Source: Yuukianura sp. NJ FZ-2021 (lineage: Eukaryota). Taken from it: a stretch of DNA of 64,000 bases. Location of the stretch: assembly GCA_046563655.1 (NCBI GenBank), contig CM102285.1, positions 1,736,001 through 1,800,000 on the forward strand. Reading direction: 5' to 3'. The notes below the pieces were generated by a model that searched no databases, was not told where the DNA came from, and was given only the letters and a program-made list of their open reading frames with translations. This document shows positions 12,801 to 27,188 of this stretch, one piece after another. Positions within the stretch are counted from its first letter, which is position 1; each line of letters opens with the position of its first letter. A program made the position numbers and the translations under genes.

Positions 12801-15800
12801 ACTGAACAGAAAAGTGTGCAAAATGTTCATTGTCAGTCCGATTGGGCCAAACATTCCCAACAAGTTCAAACCCCACAAGCTGGCACCTAAAAATAAAAAA
12901 AAATATTTCAAAAGTTTGAATTTAGTCACTCGAAATTTTTTTCCAGACAAAGTAACATTAAATTCCATTTTTTCAGGCAAAAACTACTTGCTGTTTTTGA
13001 AATTCTGTTGCGGCATTTATCTTTAAAATTTGAAAAAAGTTGAACAAAATGCACCCGCGAAAAAATCCTCCTCGTATAGTGTGCAATGTGGGAAAATTTG
13101 AAAAAAATGGATATCGCCGGGAAAAAGTTTTTCGAAGAAATTCAATTTCTTGCAAGTCCTTGCGAATTTACTTCCATTTCTTGTTGAAATACTTTGAAGA
13201 ATATTTGTGTGAGAATATTATTGTGCACTTTTAGAATTTTTTGTCTTATTTTTTCTTACCAATTGCAAAAGTGTTCCATAGCGTGCCGACGACTGCAAAT
13301 AGAAGAATTGTTCCTAAATTGCTGAAAAAGAGGCGATTGGGCATGAAGTATCCCGCGTCGAGGATAATAGGCGGCAGCATGTAGAAGAAGAAAGTGTCTG
13401 GGGTCAGAGGTTGACCGCCGAGTGGATTTGAAGTGTTGAACAGCAGCAGGCCAATTGCAATTCCAACCACAATTAGAAGGCACGACTCTGGGAAAATGTG
13501 GCTCAGTTTTGGCGCCATGTGAAACACTAAACAAACATTCAAACACTAATTAGGTCAAAGGTCAAGCATAATTGTTGTCAAATTTAACTAATTTTGATTG
13601 TTCACAAAGTCACAATAAATTTAGTAACGTATTCCACAATTTTTTTTGTACAACATCGGTAAAAATTTACAACAATTTTGACTTTTACTGGAAAATCGTA
13701 AACACAGGTTTTATAAATAGGTGAAATTTTTTTTTGAAAATTGGAACAAATTTTTTGTAGATAATTTGTATTGTACGAGACTCCTGACCTCAACCAATCA
13801 ACACCCACGTAAATTAGTGATTTCCGTTAATTATTGTCATAGTCTAATTAATTAGCTCTCTCACGCCCTCTGCCCTCAGATTAGTCATTTCAAGAACTTT
13901 GCCCTTCTGTGTAATTAAAAGTCTACGTCTCATATTATGTGAGTGTGATGCTCTCCACTTTTCTTGGTTTTGACGAACTGGTTTTGCGTGTTCTTGGTAA
14001 TACAAAACATTTCTTGATTGTTGACTCATTCTTGTATGTTTTTTCTTCTTCCCCTGCAAATTTTTTGCACATGAGCTTTTAATCTCTTACTTTGACGTGC
14101 GAAAACTGTACAACACGTACTTTGTACTATGAACTTGTGCAAAAATTTAACAAAAATCTTTGCAAAAAAGAAACAGCAGAGGGTGGCAGAAAAAGACAAT
14201 AGGTCAGGGATCTCACGTCAAGTGGAAAATTCTGAGGCCATTCTCCCCATTACACAGGACCATTGTGAGTCTACTTTTTAATAAACACATAGTGTTTATT
14301 ATAAGAAGTGCTAAAAAGCTGCGAAGAAGCCAATTTGTGAAGTTTTTCAAAATTTATTGACAAAATTACACAAAAAGTTATGACTTGTTTGACCTTAAGC
14401 TTTTGCCTACTAAAATTAACTTTGTGTTGCAATAAAATGTTTTAGGATGAATTTTTTAGTATTTAATGGTTTCAAAAAAATTATGTTATGAAACTGCTTT
14501 TCGAAAGAAGTGTTTAGAAATTTCCTTATTTTTTTGAAATTGGTGTTTTTAAAGTTAAGTAAAAAATGTATGACATCATGCGTTTGTTGACCTTTAAAGT
14601 TTAAATTTTCCAGAAGCGTAGTTTTCAAAAAATAATTGCTTGAGTTTGAAGTTAATGAAATTTTGATAATTAAATGAGACCTTGATAATGAGAAAATTTT
14701 AGTTAATTAATGAAAACCGGTTGGACGCGTCAGCTTTTAGTTCCGGTTGTCAAAACTTCGCAAATCGTAACAATTTGAGGAGAAAACAGGAACTCGAACA
14801 GTTTAAATTTTGCGAAATTTGATTCATTACGCCTGGGAGTTAAAAACTTTAGGAAAAGCATTGACCATAGGAGTTCACTGCATGAACCTACCCAAACATT
14901 TTGTTATTGAGGTTAAGCCATTTTTTTTATATCCATTTTTGCAACACGTTAATACTTTGTTACTAATTTGTAATTTGCAAATTCCTATAAGTTCCAAAGT
15001 TTTACAAAACCTGAAAAAAGATGTAACAAAATTTTTAGCTAAAAGTGCTAAAGCTTTAACTACAAGATTTTAACCATTTGAAAATCAAAATTTCGAAGAT
15101 TACAAAAATTCAAAAATTGTCAAATTTGAAAACAGAGGTTTACTTGAAACCGGAGCAAATCGAATTTGACACAAACCTCATACACTACGTTGCTGTCTGC
15201 TTTCTTTGCAATTTTTTTGCGATTTTGTGCAAAATGCAAACTTACTACGCAGTTGCACTGTTCAATCGTAAAGATCTCATTCAGCAATAAGTTTTCTTTA
15301 TACACACGTTTTGAACTTTAGTAAAACAGAGTCAGTAGAGCAGGAAGAAAATCCTTTTTCTTGCAATTTCTAAAAGCATGATACAAAAAAAATTAATTGT
15401 GTTTTGTATCACGCTTTGGTTTTTGGAACGAAATGTGCAAAATCAGAATATAACAAATTCCTGGAAACCTTGAAAACCATTCTTGGCAAAAACCCATTCC
15501 AAATTCATTTTAAATAACTTCAAACATAATAGAAACAAAAAAAGCTTAAAAAAACATTTCTAATTAACACAAGATTAATTTGGCGCTAAAAATCAATTAG
15601 TAGAAATTGTCAACTGAGATATCGTCAAGGCCAAGTCGTCAACTTAACAAATGCGTCGTTTTAAATTAGGAATGTCAATAATTTTTCATTTGTCATCAGT
15701 TTAATTGCCGTTCCACAAAAACATACTCGATACTGGGGGACATCATGTGATTAGTTTAGTAAGATTAATTATGATTACGATTGGGAAATCATAAATAGCA

Positions 15801-18800
15801 AATGTGCAAAATTAGCAAAAAGTACAGCTTTTTTGAGATTTACGAATTTGCCCAAATGGTGGCTGAATAAAATTTACTAAAAATAAAATTAAGTTATTTT
15901 TTAAACTTATTTTTAGGTATATTTTATGCAAACCAAAATCAGTTCCTTTTTTTAAAATTCTAATTTTTGACAAACAGCAGATGGAAAAGGACATGTTGCA
16001 AAGCCAATTTTAGAATTTTGGACAAATTTATACAGTTTCACATTCAACTTTATTTTGGTCGTTTTTTCCTTGTAAATTGTGTAATTCATCATAATGATTT
16101 TTCATGGCATTCCTCAGGTATTCCTATTATACTTTGCCAAAGTTGCAAATTTTTGCCAACTGGGCAAATTTTTGTTATTTTTAGCGGAAGGGTGGAATTG
16201 TAATGTAAAATATGCTAGTCAAACTTGACATTGAAGTCGATGTCAACCTTTACATACAATAAGAGATAAACCACAGATTTTGGGGGGAAAAAGTTGTGTA
16301 ACTTTGGTGACAGAATTTTTGCAAAACTGACAAATTGAGGAAATGCTTGAGATAAAAAAAAGTTTTAGCAAAAAAAAGTCAGAAATTTTCTGCAGGAACA
16401 CAAGTAGCATTAAAAAGAAAAATTGCGGAAATTTTTTAGATTTTTCTCCCAAGTTAGCCTTCGTCACAAGGCGTCAAGGCATTAGTTCATGCGAGATGAA
16501 AATTTCTGTGATTTTTAAATAGATATGCCTAATTAATGGGAACTGTTTTGCGGGCAAAATATGAAATTGGCCAATTTTTCCATGAAATTATGCCTAACTT
16601 CAATGAAATTCAAAAGTTAGTTGCATAAAACCTTATGCTACGACGTAATCTTACACGTTCGATTGTTCTAAACAGTTTCAATTAATAACTTAACACGTTC
16701 CGGGATTTGACAAGTTAATTAATCACAGATTATAACACGACCGTAGCATTTTGAAACAAAAGGCGTGAAATTCATTGTGTTCAAAATTACAACCGTAACA
16801 TTCCAGTCCAAAAATCAAACTTTTTGACCTTTTCTCGGTGTCAAAGCAGAGGTTTTGAAAATTTTCAACACCAAATATGGTAGCGCTTTTAGGAACATGA
16901 ATCATGCCATCAAGTGAAGTGATGTTTTTGGCAATTTCAAAGTTTACGGTTGAAGTGAAAAGTTGAAAATTTTTAACCTTTCATTGGCAAAACACGAATG
17001 CTCGCATGGAAAATTTTTTATAAAAACTTGAAACTTTTTCAGAAAGTTGAAGTCGATTTTAAAGTTGAAAACTTAACAAAAGATTAACTTGATAGGATTT
17101 TGCTCGCGAATTTTGAAGTTAACTTCATCCTATTGTCATTTTGAATTGAGTAATCTACTTTTCGGACACACTCGTGTTTTTTCAAACCTTTCACGGAAAA
17201 AAACGATGAGGCTTTGAAGTATGTTGAAGTCAATTGTATTTGGCGCCTGACCACTACATGATTGTTCAAAACGCGTCAACATGTGTAACCATTCACCCAA
17301 TTCGGTCACTTGTTGGCAAGGTCAGAGATCAAATCATGTCAACTTCATGTCCAACTATTTGTCATAATTTAAGAAAATTTACGAGCTATTGAATCCTCAG
17401 TATTTGTGGGATTTGCCAATTCAAACGCTAGCGTTTCAAATTTCAAAACTCAGACGCATTTGCACCAAAATTTAAGGAGAAAATTCGAAACACATTTCTC
17501 AAAATTTCAAAACAAAATGAAGTTAAAGTTTATGCACAAATTGAAAAGTTAAACGTTTATGACCATTTTTCATTTACTATCGATCACAACTTTGCTGCTT
17601 TTCTTAACTTGTAAGGTTTGCCTTAACATAACGCTTTTATTTTTCGCGTACCTAACATAGTACCTATATGCCCCTGACTCCGTTCCCATCCTTGATGACC
17701 TCTGAATGGTATCACTTTCAAAGGTCAACTACAACCTATCAATTATCAATCTGGGAAGGTAACCACCAAAAACTGCACATACTCCTACCCTGTCCTATAC
17801 ATTATGTACAGCCCCTCCAAAAAACTTATGCAAGAGTCACTCAACCCAAAGCCAAACTGTTTTTTTCCACGAACAGTTTCCAATTCCTGGTCAATAAGTG
17901 AATTTTACGACTAAACTGAATAGACTATAAACCGTATTGATTCGGACTTTCAGTTGACCTCTGACCTTTAGCTCAACTTATTCTTTTAGAGAACGGTGAA
18001 CCCTGATCTTCCGGCAACCAGTAAACAGACAAAAGGAATCGAAAAAAGACTTTCTCTTTGTCGAAACGGCGAAAGCAAATTTCCTCAAACCCACACTTTT
18101 CCTTTCGGATCAACATTCAGCTTCATATTTCATGGATGAGGCTTTATTTCGCCTCCTCAACACAAAAACAGCACGAGTTTCAAATCCCTTCTAAATAATT
18201 TCATCGCTACCACTCCCTGGAGTGGAGTTTAGCACGCGTCCATGGTAACCCAATGCTAAATCATGGTAACAAGCTCTCTTCCTGTCCAACTTTTGTGTTT
18301 CCAACCATTTTTATACTGCATCATGCGTCACCAAAAACATCTGATGAGCAGACCTGCCAAAAATAATTACTAAAACTAGCGAAATGTTTAAATAAATACA
18401 AAATTTACTGAAAAGGCTCAAAATAATTACGAATTTAACATTACAGGAATGGGAACTAAATATTTTTGGTACATCTGCTCATAAGTAAATTCAAGGATGC
18501 TAACAGTGAAATGAAAATGTTCAGTTCCAAGCTTTTAAAAAATGTTAAGATTTTGAAAATGTAAAAGCTTCAGTTGCATTGTTGAAAAAAAATGTGGAAA
18601 GTGAAACGTTTCATAGTTTGTGACCAAGTTAAGTTGGTGACTTATGATTTTTTTTGGATTACATGGCTCTAGTTACATAATTTTGTTAAGCTAGGTTAAC
18701 TTAGGCTTTCTCCAGGTTACGTTTATTAAGTTGCAAACTCACCAATTTTGGCCAAAGAGGCACAGAAAATCCATAGGGCAATTATGAAGGGCGTTTCCAC

Positions 18801-19040
18801 TCTTTCGAAGTCTATTTGAACAATTGTAATTCCATGCTCGTCTGCAGGTTCTCCTTCTCTCAGTAGATCATGTGGCGATCCGAAACTTGCTTCGCCGGCA
18901 ACTTTCCGAATGTAAATTGTAAACAAATAGTAACCTAGGATGATGTAGAAGTATCTTCTGGAATTCAGTGGTTTCAGACGACTACTGTCTTTGTCTTCAG
19001 TAGTTCCTGTCTTGTCAGTAGTTAGCTTAGTAGAGGTCAT
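3855..19040 (-). CDS. Sodium/hydrogen exchanger (SLC9A/CPA1, arthropod NHE2/NHE3-type), main isoform
   Basis: In-frame exons: 19040-18743, 13526-13260, 12886-12681, 11466-11210, 11141-10924, 10281-10067, 9971-9882, 9679-9609, 8587-8345, 8264-8126, 7971-7840, 6889-6835, 6652-6554, 4939-4898, 4786-4643, 4306-3855. Hallmark motifs: [79 protein letters not shown]. Ends in -TKL. Confidence 0.95.
4412..4602. mobile_element. hAT-like MITE (degenerate) in last NHE intron
   Basis: Imperfect TIRs cagggttgtcaaaaata / tatttttgacatctctg. Flanking 8-mers atcataat / attataac (6/8 match). The subterminal sequence is shared with the 18349-18477 element. Confidence 0.55.
5755..6203 (-). CDS. Putative alternative terminal exon of the NHE gene
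   Basis: AG acceptor at 6205-6204 is phase-compatible with the 6554 donor. ~149 open codons contain [13 protein letters not shown], resembling [13 protein letters not shown] of the 4786-4643 exon. Ends ...LCACS*. Confidence 0.6.
10530..10795. mobile_element. MITE/foldback element in NHE intron
   Basis: ~35-bp inverted repeat: aggttagtcaataactcgagttttaa (~10541-10566) vs ttaaaaactcgagttattgcctaacct (~10756-10782), with weaker similarity extending outward. Confidence 0.55.
18349..18477. mobile_element. hAT-like MITE (short, degenerate)
   Basis: TIR cagacctgccaaaaa / ttttggtacatctg. Flanks ctgatgag / ctcataag (6/8 match). The left end matches the 29797 element and the right end matches the 4412 element. 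Confidence 0.55.
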
Positions 19041-22000
19041 TTTGAAGTGAGAGGTCAAAGGGCGAGGTGATTCGTAGTGCTTAAACTATGAATTTTTACG
19101 AATTTTGATGAGGTTGTAACTTTCTGCGTTCGAAATTCTAGAGACAGTCAGATCCAATTTTCATGACCTGAAAAACAAACAAAAGTTTTAGAATGAGAGA
19201 AAGTGAAGAGTTTTGGGATTTCTAGAACGCAACGACGTCATAGCCTTTTTTTTCTAAAAAAGAAACAAGCGGGCTGAATGTTTTGAAATGCTTTTTTAAA
19301 TGGTGAACTTGTTTATGGTTTTAAGCGGGGGCTAAAAGGTACTTCAACTATAATGTTTTCCGTGTTTACGCACACGTATTGCATATTCAAAAATTTTATG
19401 TTACACTACACCTTCTTCCGTTTTTTTCTAAAAATTCACCACTTTGTTTGCAAAGCAGAAGTGATAAAGTAGCGAAATCGAGACGAGGTACTATCACAGT
19501 TCAACTAACACCGTTAATAAAATGTTTTCCAACTTTTAAAAAGGTGAAAAGTATTGATAAAAATAAATAGTAAAAGTTATAATCAAGCCGTTAATTTTTA
19601 CTAATTAATTATCTAATTTCGGATTTTCTATTAGCTTAAAAAGCAACCATTACATTGCTAGGTGTAAGAGTTAATAAAAAGTATAAAACAACAAAAGCAA
19701 TGAGTACATATTAAATCAAAACTCAAATGGAGAGCTGAAAAAAATGCAGCCACAACACGGCTGCAAGCGGTCGGCGGACAGACAGACGGACGGACAGACA
19801 GAAACTATGAAGCAGTCACACATCGTTGTAGAAATTAGAAAACCTCAAGTCATCAAACCCTCAAGATAGAAGATACCGTAAGACATTCACACTCACATGC
19901 ACTTTCACTGAAGTCTCCTTGTGCTAAAATTAGCTTCAAATACAATTCTTCCCCTTCATTTCCTTCTCTATTTCAACAACAACAGTCACTCTGTTCAACG
20001 TTTAAAAAAACTCTGAATGTTTTGGTCATCATTTCCTCATTCTACACCTTAGTGCCATAACCGAAAACTAAATAAAACCTAATTCACAAACAGGCTAAAC
20101 ATGTTTTAGGCTTGGCCTGTTTAGACTGTTCCAGGAAGCACACAGGCGCAAAAACCTAATTCAGTTTCAGTTGAAAATGAATCAAAAAAGTTGTTTCCTC
20201 GCTTTCTGATTCGATTCATTTTCATTAAAATAAACATTTGGACAAGATTAAAACAAAAGAACACGCGAATTCACTCTGCAAACAAAAAATACTCATAGCT
20301 TTGCACAAAACAGTTTTTCATTTTTTCATTTCAGAATTTCAACTGAAAGGACAATGCCACTACCATTACTACTGCTGTATCACTAAACAGTGTTCTTTTT
20401 GTGTCCATTTTGCACTACTTTTTTGAAAATCGAAATTTACCGCCACTTTTGCAATATTTAAACCCATTTCAAGGGAATTACTTTCTTGCTAAACTTATTG
20501 ACTAAGGTGGGACTTGGTTAATTATTTAAGCCTTCTTGGAAATGACACATCAAATGTCATTCCAGTTTGAACTCGCAAAAGGAATCGATAGAGAGGTGAC
20601 CTTCCGTTTCATGTAACCAAACAAACATTTCACAATTTACAAGAAAAAAGCGCAAAAATTTGAAAAAAAAAAGTTGATTCATAAATGTTTGATTTTACCT
20701 TGAAAAGTTTGCAAAAATAGAAGCCTTCCAAATGGCACGAAAAGTTTTGTTAAAAAATGTCGTGGGCCAATTTGTTTCTTCCAAAACCTCAAAATAATTT
20801 GCACAAAACACACAAATTTTCATGGGCAAAGTTTTTGCAAATTTGCAATTTCTTGCTGTTTTTGTGTCGTGTGAATGCGGAAAATGCACTTGACTTCTCA
20901 CAAACCTAAAGAAAAACCGTTATAAGGTCGACTGCACTTTGAAAAAAAAAATTATACCTTTAAGATTTTAGTCCCAAAACTTCTTTGCGAGTCTCCTACG
21001 CTTCAAAATTTTAACGTGTTTGCTGTTTATTTTTGGCAACTTTACAACTTTTTCAGAGTGCAAAACATTGCTAAGATTAGTCCAAAATGGAGGCAGTAGT
21101 TCACGAAGAGTGTTCAAATAAATAATAAAGACGTAGACACAGGAAGAACTTTTTGAAAAAACGGCAACTGATGAGCAAACGTTTAAATTCAAAAATAAAG
21201 TTAATGGCACTAATTTGCTTGGAAATGGTACTTGAAATTTCAAAAACTGAAATTTTATAAGACTTATTGTTGTAAAATTTTTGAACAAAGTGTGCCGGTT
21301 TGACTCGATATGTCTTTTCAGTTGAATCACTCGTAGGAGACTGTAGTAGAACAACCAAAACTATTGACCAAACGCTCGGCTGAGTTCGCACAAACCAAAA
21401 GCCACCTCTTTCACAGTTTGTACTTTTTAGGCGGAATAACTCGAGGGAATTCGCGTACAACCACAAGGGAATGCCAACAACATGTTCAACGTCACAGGAA
21501 ATAGCATATACATTATGTTATATTATATACAATAATGTAACAAAAATTCTAGATAATCAAGGTTTGTTGAATTTGATTTCCTTTAACAGGTTGAGTAATA
21601 CCTCATGTTTTTTTGATTTTGCGAAAAAAAGAGTGGCTTTCATTTCAGGGTAATGAAGTCATAACAATACAGGCGATTTTTTAAATTTTACGTACGAATT
21701 GGCACAAATTTTTGCTTTTATTTTTTTCATTTTTTGGTTGGGTTTTCTAAAGTAAAAATTATGATTTGTTAGAGATTCTTTTAGTGCGATTTTTTGAAAT
21801 TTGTGTTCAGAGCAAAATATATGTTTATATTATTTATGTTTAGCTAATGTAAAATTTAAACTTTTCTAATAATCCTTTTGATATAAACACATATAAAATA
21901 TTTAAATGAGTAACTGAATATAAAAATTTATGTAATTTTTTATATCATACATTTTTTTTTAGAGTTTTGTTGAAGCACAGTATATGCCCTTGTGAACTTT

Positions 22001-25000
22001 GAGTTTTATGAGGAAATGGGAGTCAGTGGAGCTTGACTGTTGCGACCCCACTGATTTCGTGCCAATTGAAATTGTAAAGTGAAATGACAATGGATTGGGA
22101 AGATGCAATTCAAATTCTAATCCAATTAAATTACTAACTAGAATCCGCGTAGTTTCCACGCATGCGCACATGCATCCACTGATTCTGACTATTCCTGTGT
22201 CTCAATCCCGTTTTATTGCATTCCATCAAAAATTTCACAATTGAGGCATACTGCAAATTATCAAAAGAGACTAACTTCTATTATAGTATTGTTATGTACA
22301 TGTAAGACACGATTTGGCGCTAACCAAAGGATCGATTTGAAATTCGCAGAATCCTGATACCTTTTTATGACTTTGTACTGACGATTCAGTCATACATGTT
22401 ACGTAGATGTAAATTTGCTTTGTTGCGGCATCATCTAACCAAACAAACGGCGCCTGATCTGCGTCTAAACTGAGATGACGCGTCCTCAGTTTATCAGAAA
22501 CGGAAACTCTTTTCTGAGTAATTTGAAATTTCAAAATTATTGATAAACTTTGAAAAGTGGCAGTATGCTCTTAAGTTGACTGGCTTTTTCCATCTGACTA
22601 CAATTGTGCATGCTTGCGTTGGAAAAGAATTTTTTTGAAAGTATACAAACATTTTTAAACATACTTGTTTAAACTATTTAGAAAAGTTCTAAATTGGTCT
22701 CAAGAAAAGGAAATTCCAGGGACTTCCTTATACCAATATTTTATGCCTTTCTACCAATTGTTTTGAAAAGCATTAAAATCATTACTAAAAATCTATTCAA
22801 AATTTTATGGACCATGAAACCTTTTGACACGCAATGGAGACGCGCCAAATTGCCTAAAAGTCACTTGCCTAAAAAAACTAAGTGGGTCACAGCGCATGAG
22901 CACTACTTGTTCCGGGATTGGATTTTGGAAAATCCAGATTTTCAATTTTGATTACAAATTGTTATCTAGTTTGTTCAATTTTTCCTTCTTTTTAACTTCA
23001 ATTTGATTTGAATCGTGTAAACACAGCCATTGACAGCCTATTATAGACTTTAACAACCAGAAATTAACTAAGAATGGAATTTGCAATTTCATTTTAAATT
23101 TTCAAAACTGGCAAAGTCACGGAGGGATGGTCAATGGTCACAGGAAATGTTATGGCGCAAATTTTCAAATCCAAAGTTCAATTGTTACACAAGGTGGATT
23201 AGCGGTAGCCAAAAGTCCAAAGTTCAAGAGGATTCAATATACGCTCTTCAATTTTTTTTTGTCAAAATCCACGATACGAAAACTTTAGTTGCATTAGTTT
23301 AAGCAAAAAAAAAACATAACCTAACAATTGTTGACGTGAACGCGATCATTGCAGTGCAGTAAGTTGAATTATCTGTCCAAAAAATTTTCAAGTGTTACAA
23401 CTTGAAAAAAAAAACGAAAATGATTGACGTTTTGGTTTCTGTTGAAATCGGGATATTCCCCGTTACGACTGAGATAAATTGAAAAAAATTCAAAATAAAA
23501 AATAATATGTGTTTTTTAAGTGTTTCAAATATTGACATTTCTACAGAACACTAAAATAGTCACAAGAATTAGAAGTGATACGCAGCACACCTTACGTGAT
23601 TTTGCACATTTCTTTTTCGATTTGTCCTCACTTTGCGTCATTATCGCACTTTTTTTTTCTTTTTACAACTTTTACAGTTTGTGACAAGTGCTATTCCGTA
23701 TCAAACCGAGATTTTTTTTTAACAAAATCCACGAGCTTCTGTTATCAATTTTTGAGTTTTGACAAAAAAAAAACTGTGCTACACATATAGTTGCACTTGA
23801 ATTTCAAAACACGTAAGCACCAAGACACGCAGACGACCTTCACAAAAATTTTCAGGACACACAAACTGTATAGATACAAACAAGTGAAATAAATAGCTAC
23901 ACAAAATTCCAAAATTCACGCATGTTTTTACTTTTAGCATTTTATATAATTTTTCAATTTCGACAACTTACAGATTTTTCGATAATTCAGAGCAATTGAA
24001 CAGATTTCGTTTTGTAATTTTTTCGAATCATGGTTCCTCCCTTTTAAAGTTGACATTTTTCAACTTCCTTAAAGCTACCGTTAAGATACCGTTCACCTAA
24101 CATTAACCGTAACCCATAGTATTTAGATCATAGGTCGCATTAAAATGAACAACAACTCCCACATTTCCGGTAAACCAAAACGCATGTGCATTGAAAGTCA
24201 AAGTTTAGTTAGCTTTTACATTACATTTAAGATACAATTAAGATTAAACCAAAATCCTATCACCGTTTTTTCAAATTCCATTAGCACCACTAGAAATGAC
24301 AAGACTACTCCCCACCCACTTGACACGTAAGATTAGTATACCCCCCCCCATCGAATAGCCCCCCCCCCCACCAATCGAATCCCCCCACCCCAAAACCTGT
24401 TTTCTAAAAACTAAAACAAAATACGTACAAGGATCACAGGCAGTCCGCTTGAAGATGGTGTGAGTATTTAGAAATAAGAAATTACATATGAACAAGTAAT
24501 TACATTTAAAATTACAACTAATTCATTAAGTAATTAACATTGTAATTTACTTTGTAATTACGTAGTAATTATGTACAATGTTTAAATTTTGCATTACACC
24601 AATTGTACACTATGTACAGACATAATGTGGTTTTATGTACACAGACTTTTACTGGATAAATTTCACTACTGAATGTTTTCCTGTAGGGAGCACAGCTCCT
24701 GCGCACGCGTCTTCAAATATTGACTTGCACCATAGTATCATGTCATGGCGTTTATATTTAAACCAGAACCAAACATAAACGTAATGTTTACACATAAAGC
24801 AAATTTAACAGTAGGCTTAAACGTATACCAAACATTACAGTACCGTAGGTCTAACCGTATACAAGCATAAGCACAGGTTTAAACATAAACCAAGCGTTGA
24901 ACAAATGTTTCAAGCGCTGAACATAGGTTTAGGCATAAATCCAGCCTAAACATATGTTCAACCATAAACGTAAGCGTTATGTCGTACATCCAACTTTAGT

Positions 25001-27188
25001 CTTAGGAATTAAGAGTGATGATTGTTTTACAAAGTAATTATAAATTTTGTTAACAAGAAATTGACAAGCGTGTAAACTATTTCTTTGGAAGAAACAAAAA
25101 ATTAATCAAATGTTTTTCAAATTTAAAACAATGGAATCATTAATACTGAATTCACATCTTATTTGTCAAAGTCAAAATTAAAACTTGTCAACATACTTTG
25201 AAGTCCACAAGAACAAAATGACTAATTTAGTGTAATTAGCATATCCCGTAAAAAGCCCAAGCACCATACAGTTAATTAATCTATGATTAATTATAATTTC
25301 CAAATAGGAATTACTCACAAAAAGGTTTTTAGCACCATGACGAAATCGATGTGCAAATTTACGCAATAATAGAACCGAAGAAACGCCGCCGCGCTTATTG
25401 TTGTTCGAATGTGTCACAACATACTATGTCATTTGGTAAACAACAAAACCTAAACGAAAATTATACCAACAAATACAGTTCATCAAATACAAAATGTTTT
25501 TGTAGTTCATTTTTTGTACAATTTGCATTCGTACAAGTAAATAGATTATACCATATTACAACTTAAATAAAGAATGTGTATCAAATCGCGTGTTTCGGTA
25601 AAAATTGTTTACCAAATGACATAAATGTTAGGAATGCGAATGACAGTGTAGCTGCACTTAAGCGCGGCGCACAACTCCTCCTATACTCTGACTTAGTTTA
25701 AAACCCCATTGTTACTATAAATATAGCATCCACCACCATTTTCTAAAAATGTTTTTGCTAAACAGTTTTTCTAAAAAACCGCTAAGGAACATTTTTTTTA
25801 GACTAAACGCGCGTCGATGTTTGAAATAATGATGCCAATTGGAGATTAGTTATGAAGGTGTCAGATCCTTTGCAAATTGAGTCCAGAGACTTCGTTCGAC
25901 TAGCGAATTCTGTCTTCTGGAGGATTTGCTTCAAGGATGACAAGGTTAAATTCAGGTACGTTTGTAACTCTGCATGGTATTGATTCCTTTGACATACATT
26001 ATGCAATATGTTTTAGTCATTTAAATTAAAGGAATTAGTTAAGTCAATTAACAACACATTTAATAAGTTTAGTAAAGATGACGGGAATTGGATTACTTTT
26101 TGAAGTTAAACTCTCACCAGCCCCCCATACCTTACTACAGATAGAACCATTTGAATTATCACATTTTTTTCAAATTTTAAACTTAACCGCCCATAAAATC
26201 TAAACTTTACACCGCACGTGCCGCAATTTAAAAAAAGCGGTAAAATTTGACTTTGAATTACCCCGCCCCCATTTCATACACGCGCCTTCATTCATTCCAT
26301 TTCTAACGCCCAAGCGCACTTAAACAAACCATTAAAAAGGTGCGAATTTGAATTTCCCGCATTTTTTTGAAGCGTTATGATTCTACCGTGATTTTTAAAA
26401 TCTACTTCAAATAATTCTTGAGATTTGCATTTGTAATTCGGGCAAGTTTGAAGAGACGCGCAGTGTCGTTTTTAAACCAAAAAAAAATTCAGAATGTGGA
26501 GAAAATTTAAAATTTGAAAGTGTTGCTTTTTGAAAAATTGCCCTAAAGTTCATTTTCTAAATTTTGAATTTTTTGAAATGACACTCTAGTGGTTAGGCCG
26601 TTTTGTAAATTCCTGTCACTCCTAAAGCGCACCCAAATTCTTCCCGCTAAAAGATGAATTTGGGATTGACAGTGACAAATTCCTTACTCATCTTAACTTA
26701 ATCATTAATGAAAGTTTTAGGCTCTTAACCTTGAGAAATTGACGAAAAACTAATTGTAGTAATTTAACAAATTTTAGTGTTAAATTGATTAAAAACGGAG
26801 AGAGACAATGGAAAATTGATGAATGGTTAAAGATGAAGGTGAATTGGCAAAAAAGTTGAAAATTTTGAATTATGACTTTCCCAGACACGACTCACAGTCT
26901 GTAAATTTAGTCAAGGTTCATGGAATACGGATCATCGTAGTAGTCCAGCATAGCACGAAGACAACTCATGTAAATGAAGAAGTTTATGAGCTGTGAAGTC
27001 AGGCGCTGTCCGGCTTTTGCTTCTGGTCTTCGTTGACGTCGTCTTCGGTCGGACCTGGTCGGTTTCTGAAGTTGCGCAGATTCGACAGAACTTCGTCCAA
27101 GGAGTTGCGCAGAGTCAGTAGCGTTGGTTCCGCTGGAAGGAGATAAGAGGTCAGGAAGAATTTGTCCAAATTCTAAGAAGAAGTGAGG

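Noticed and set aside
19200-26800. Many 60-130 aa ORFs between NHE and kelch
   Set aside because: F/K/L/N-rich translations typical of AT-rich non-coding DNA, mostly with non-ATG starts and no consistent exon chain.
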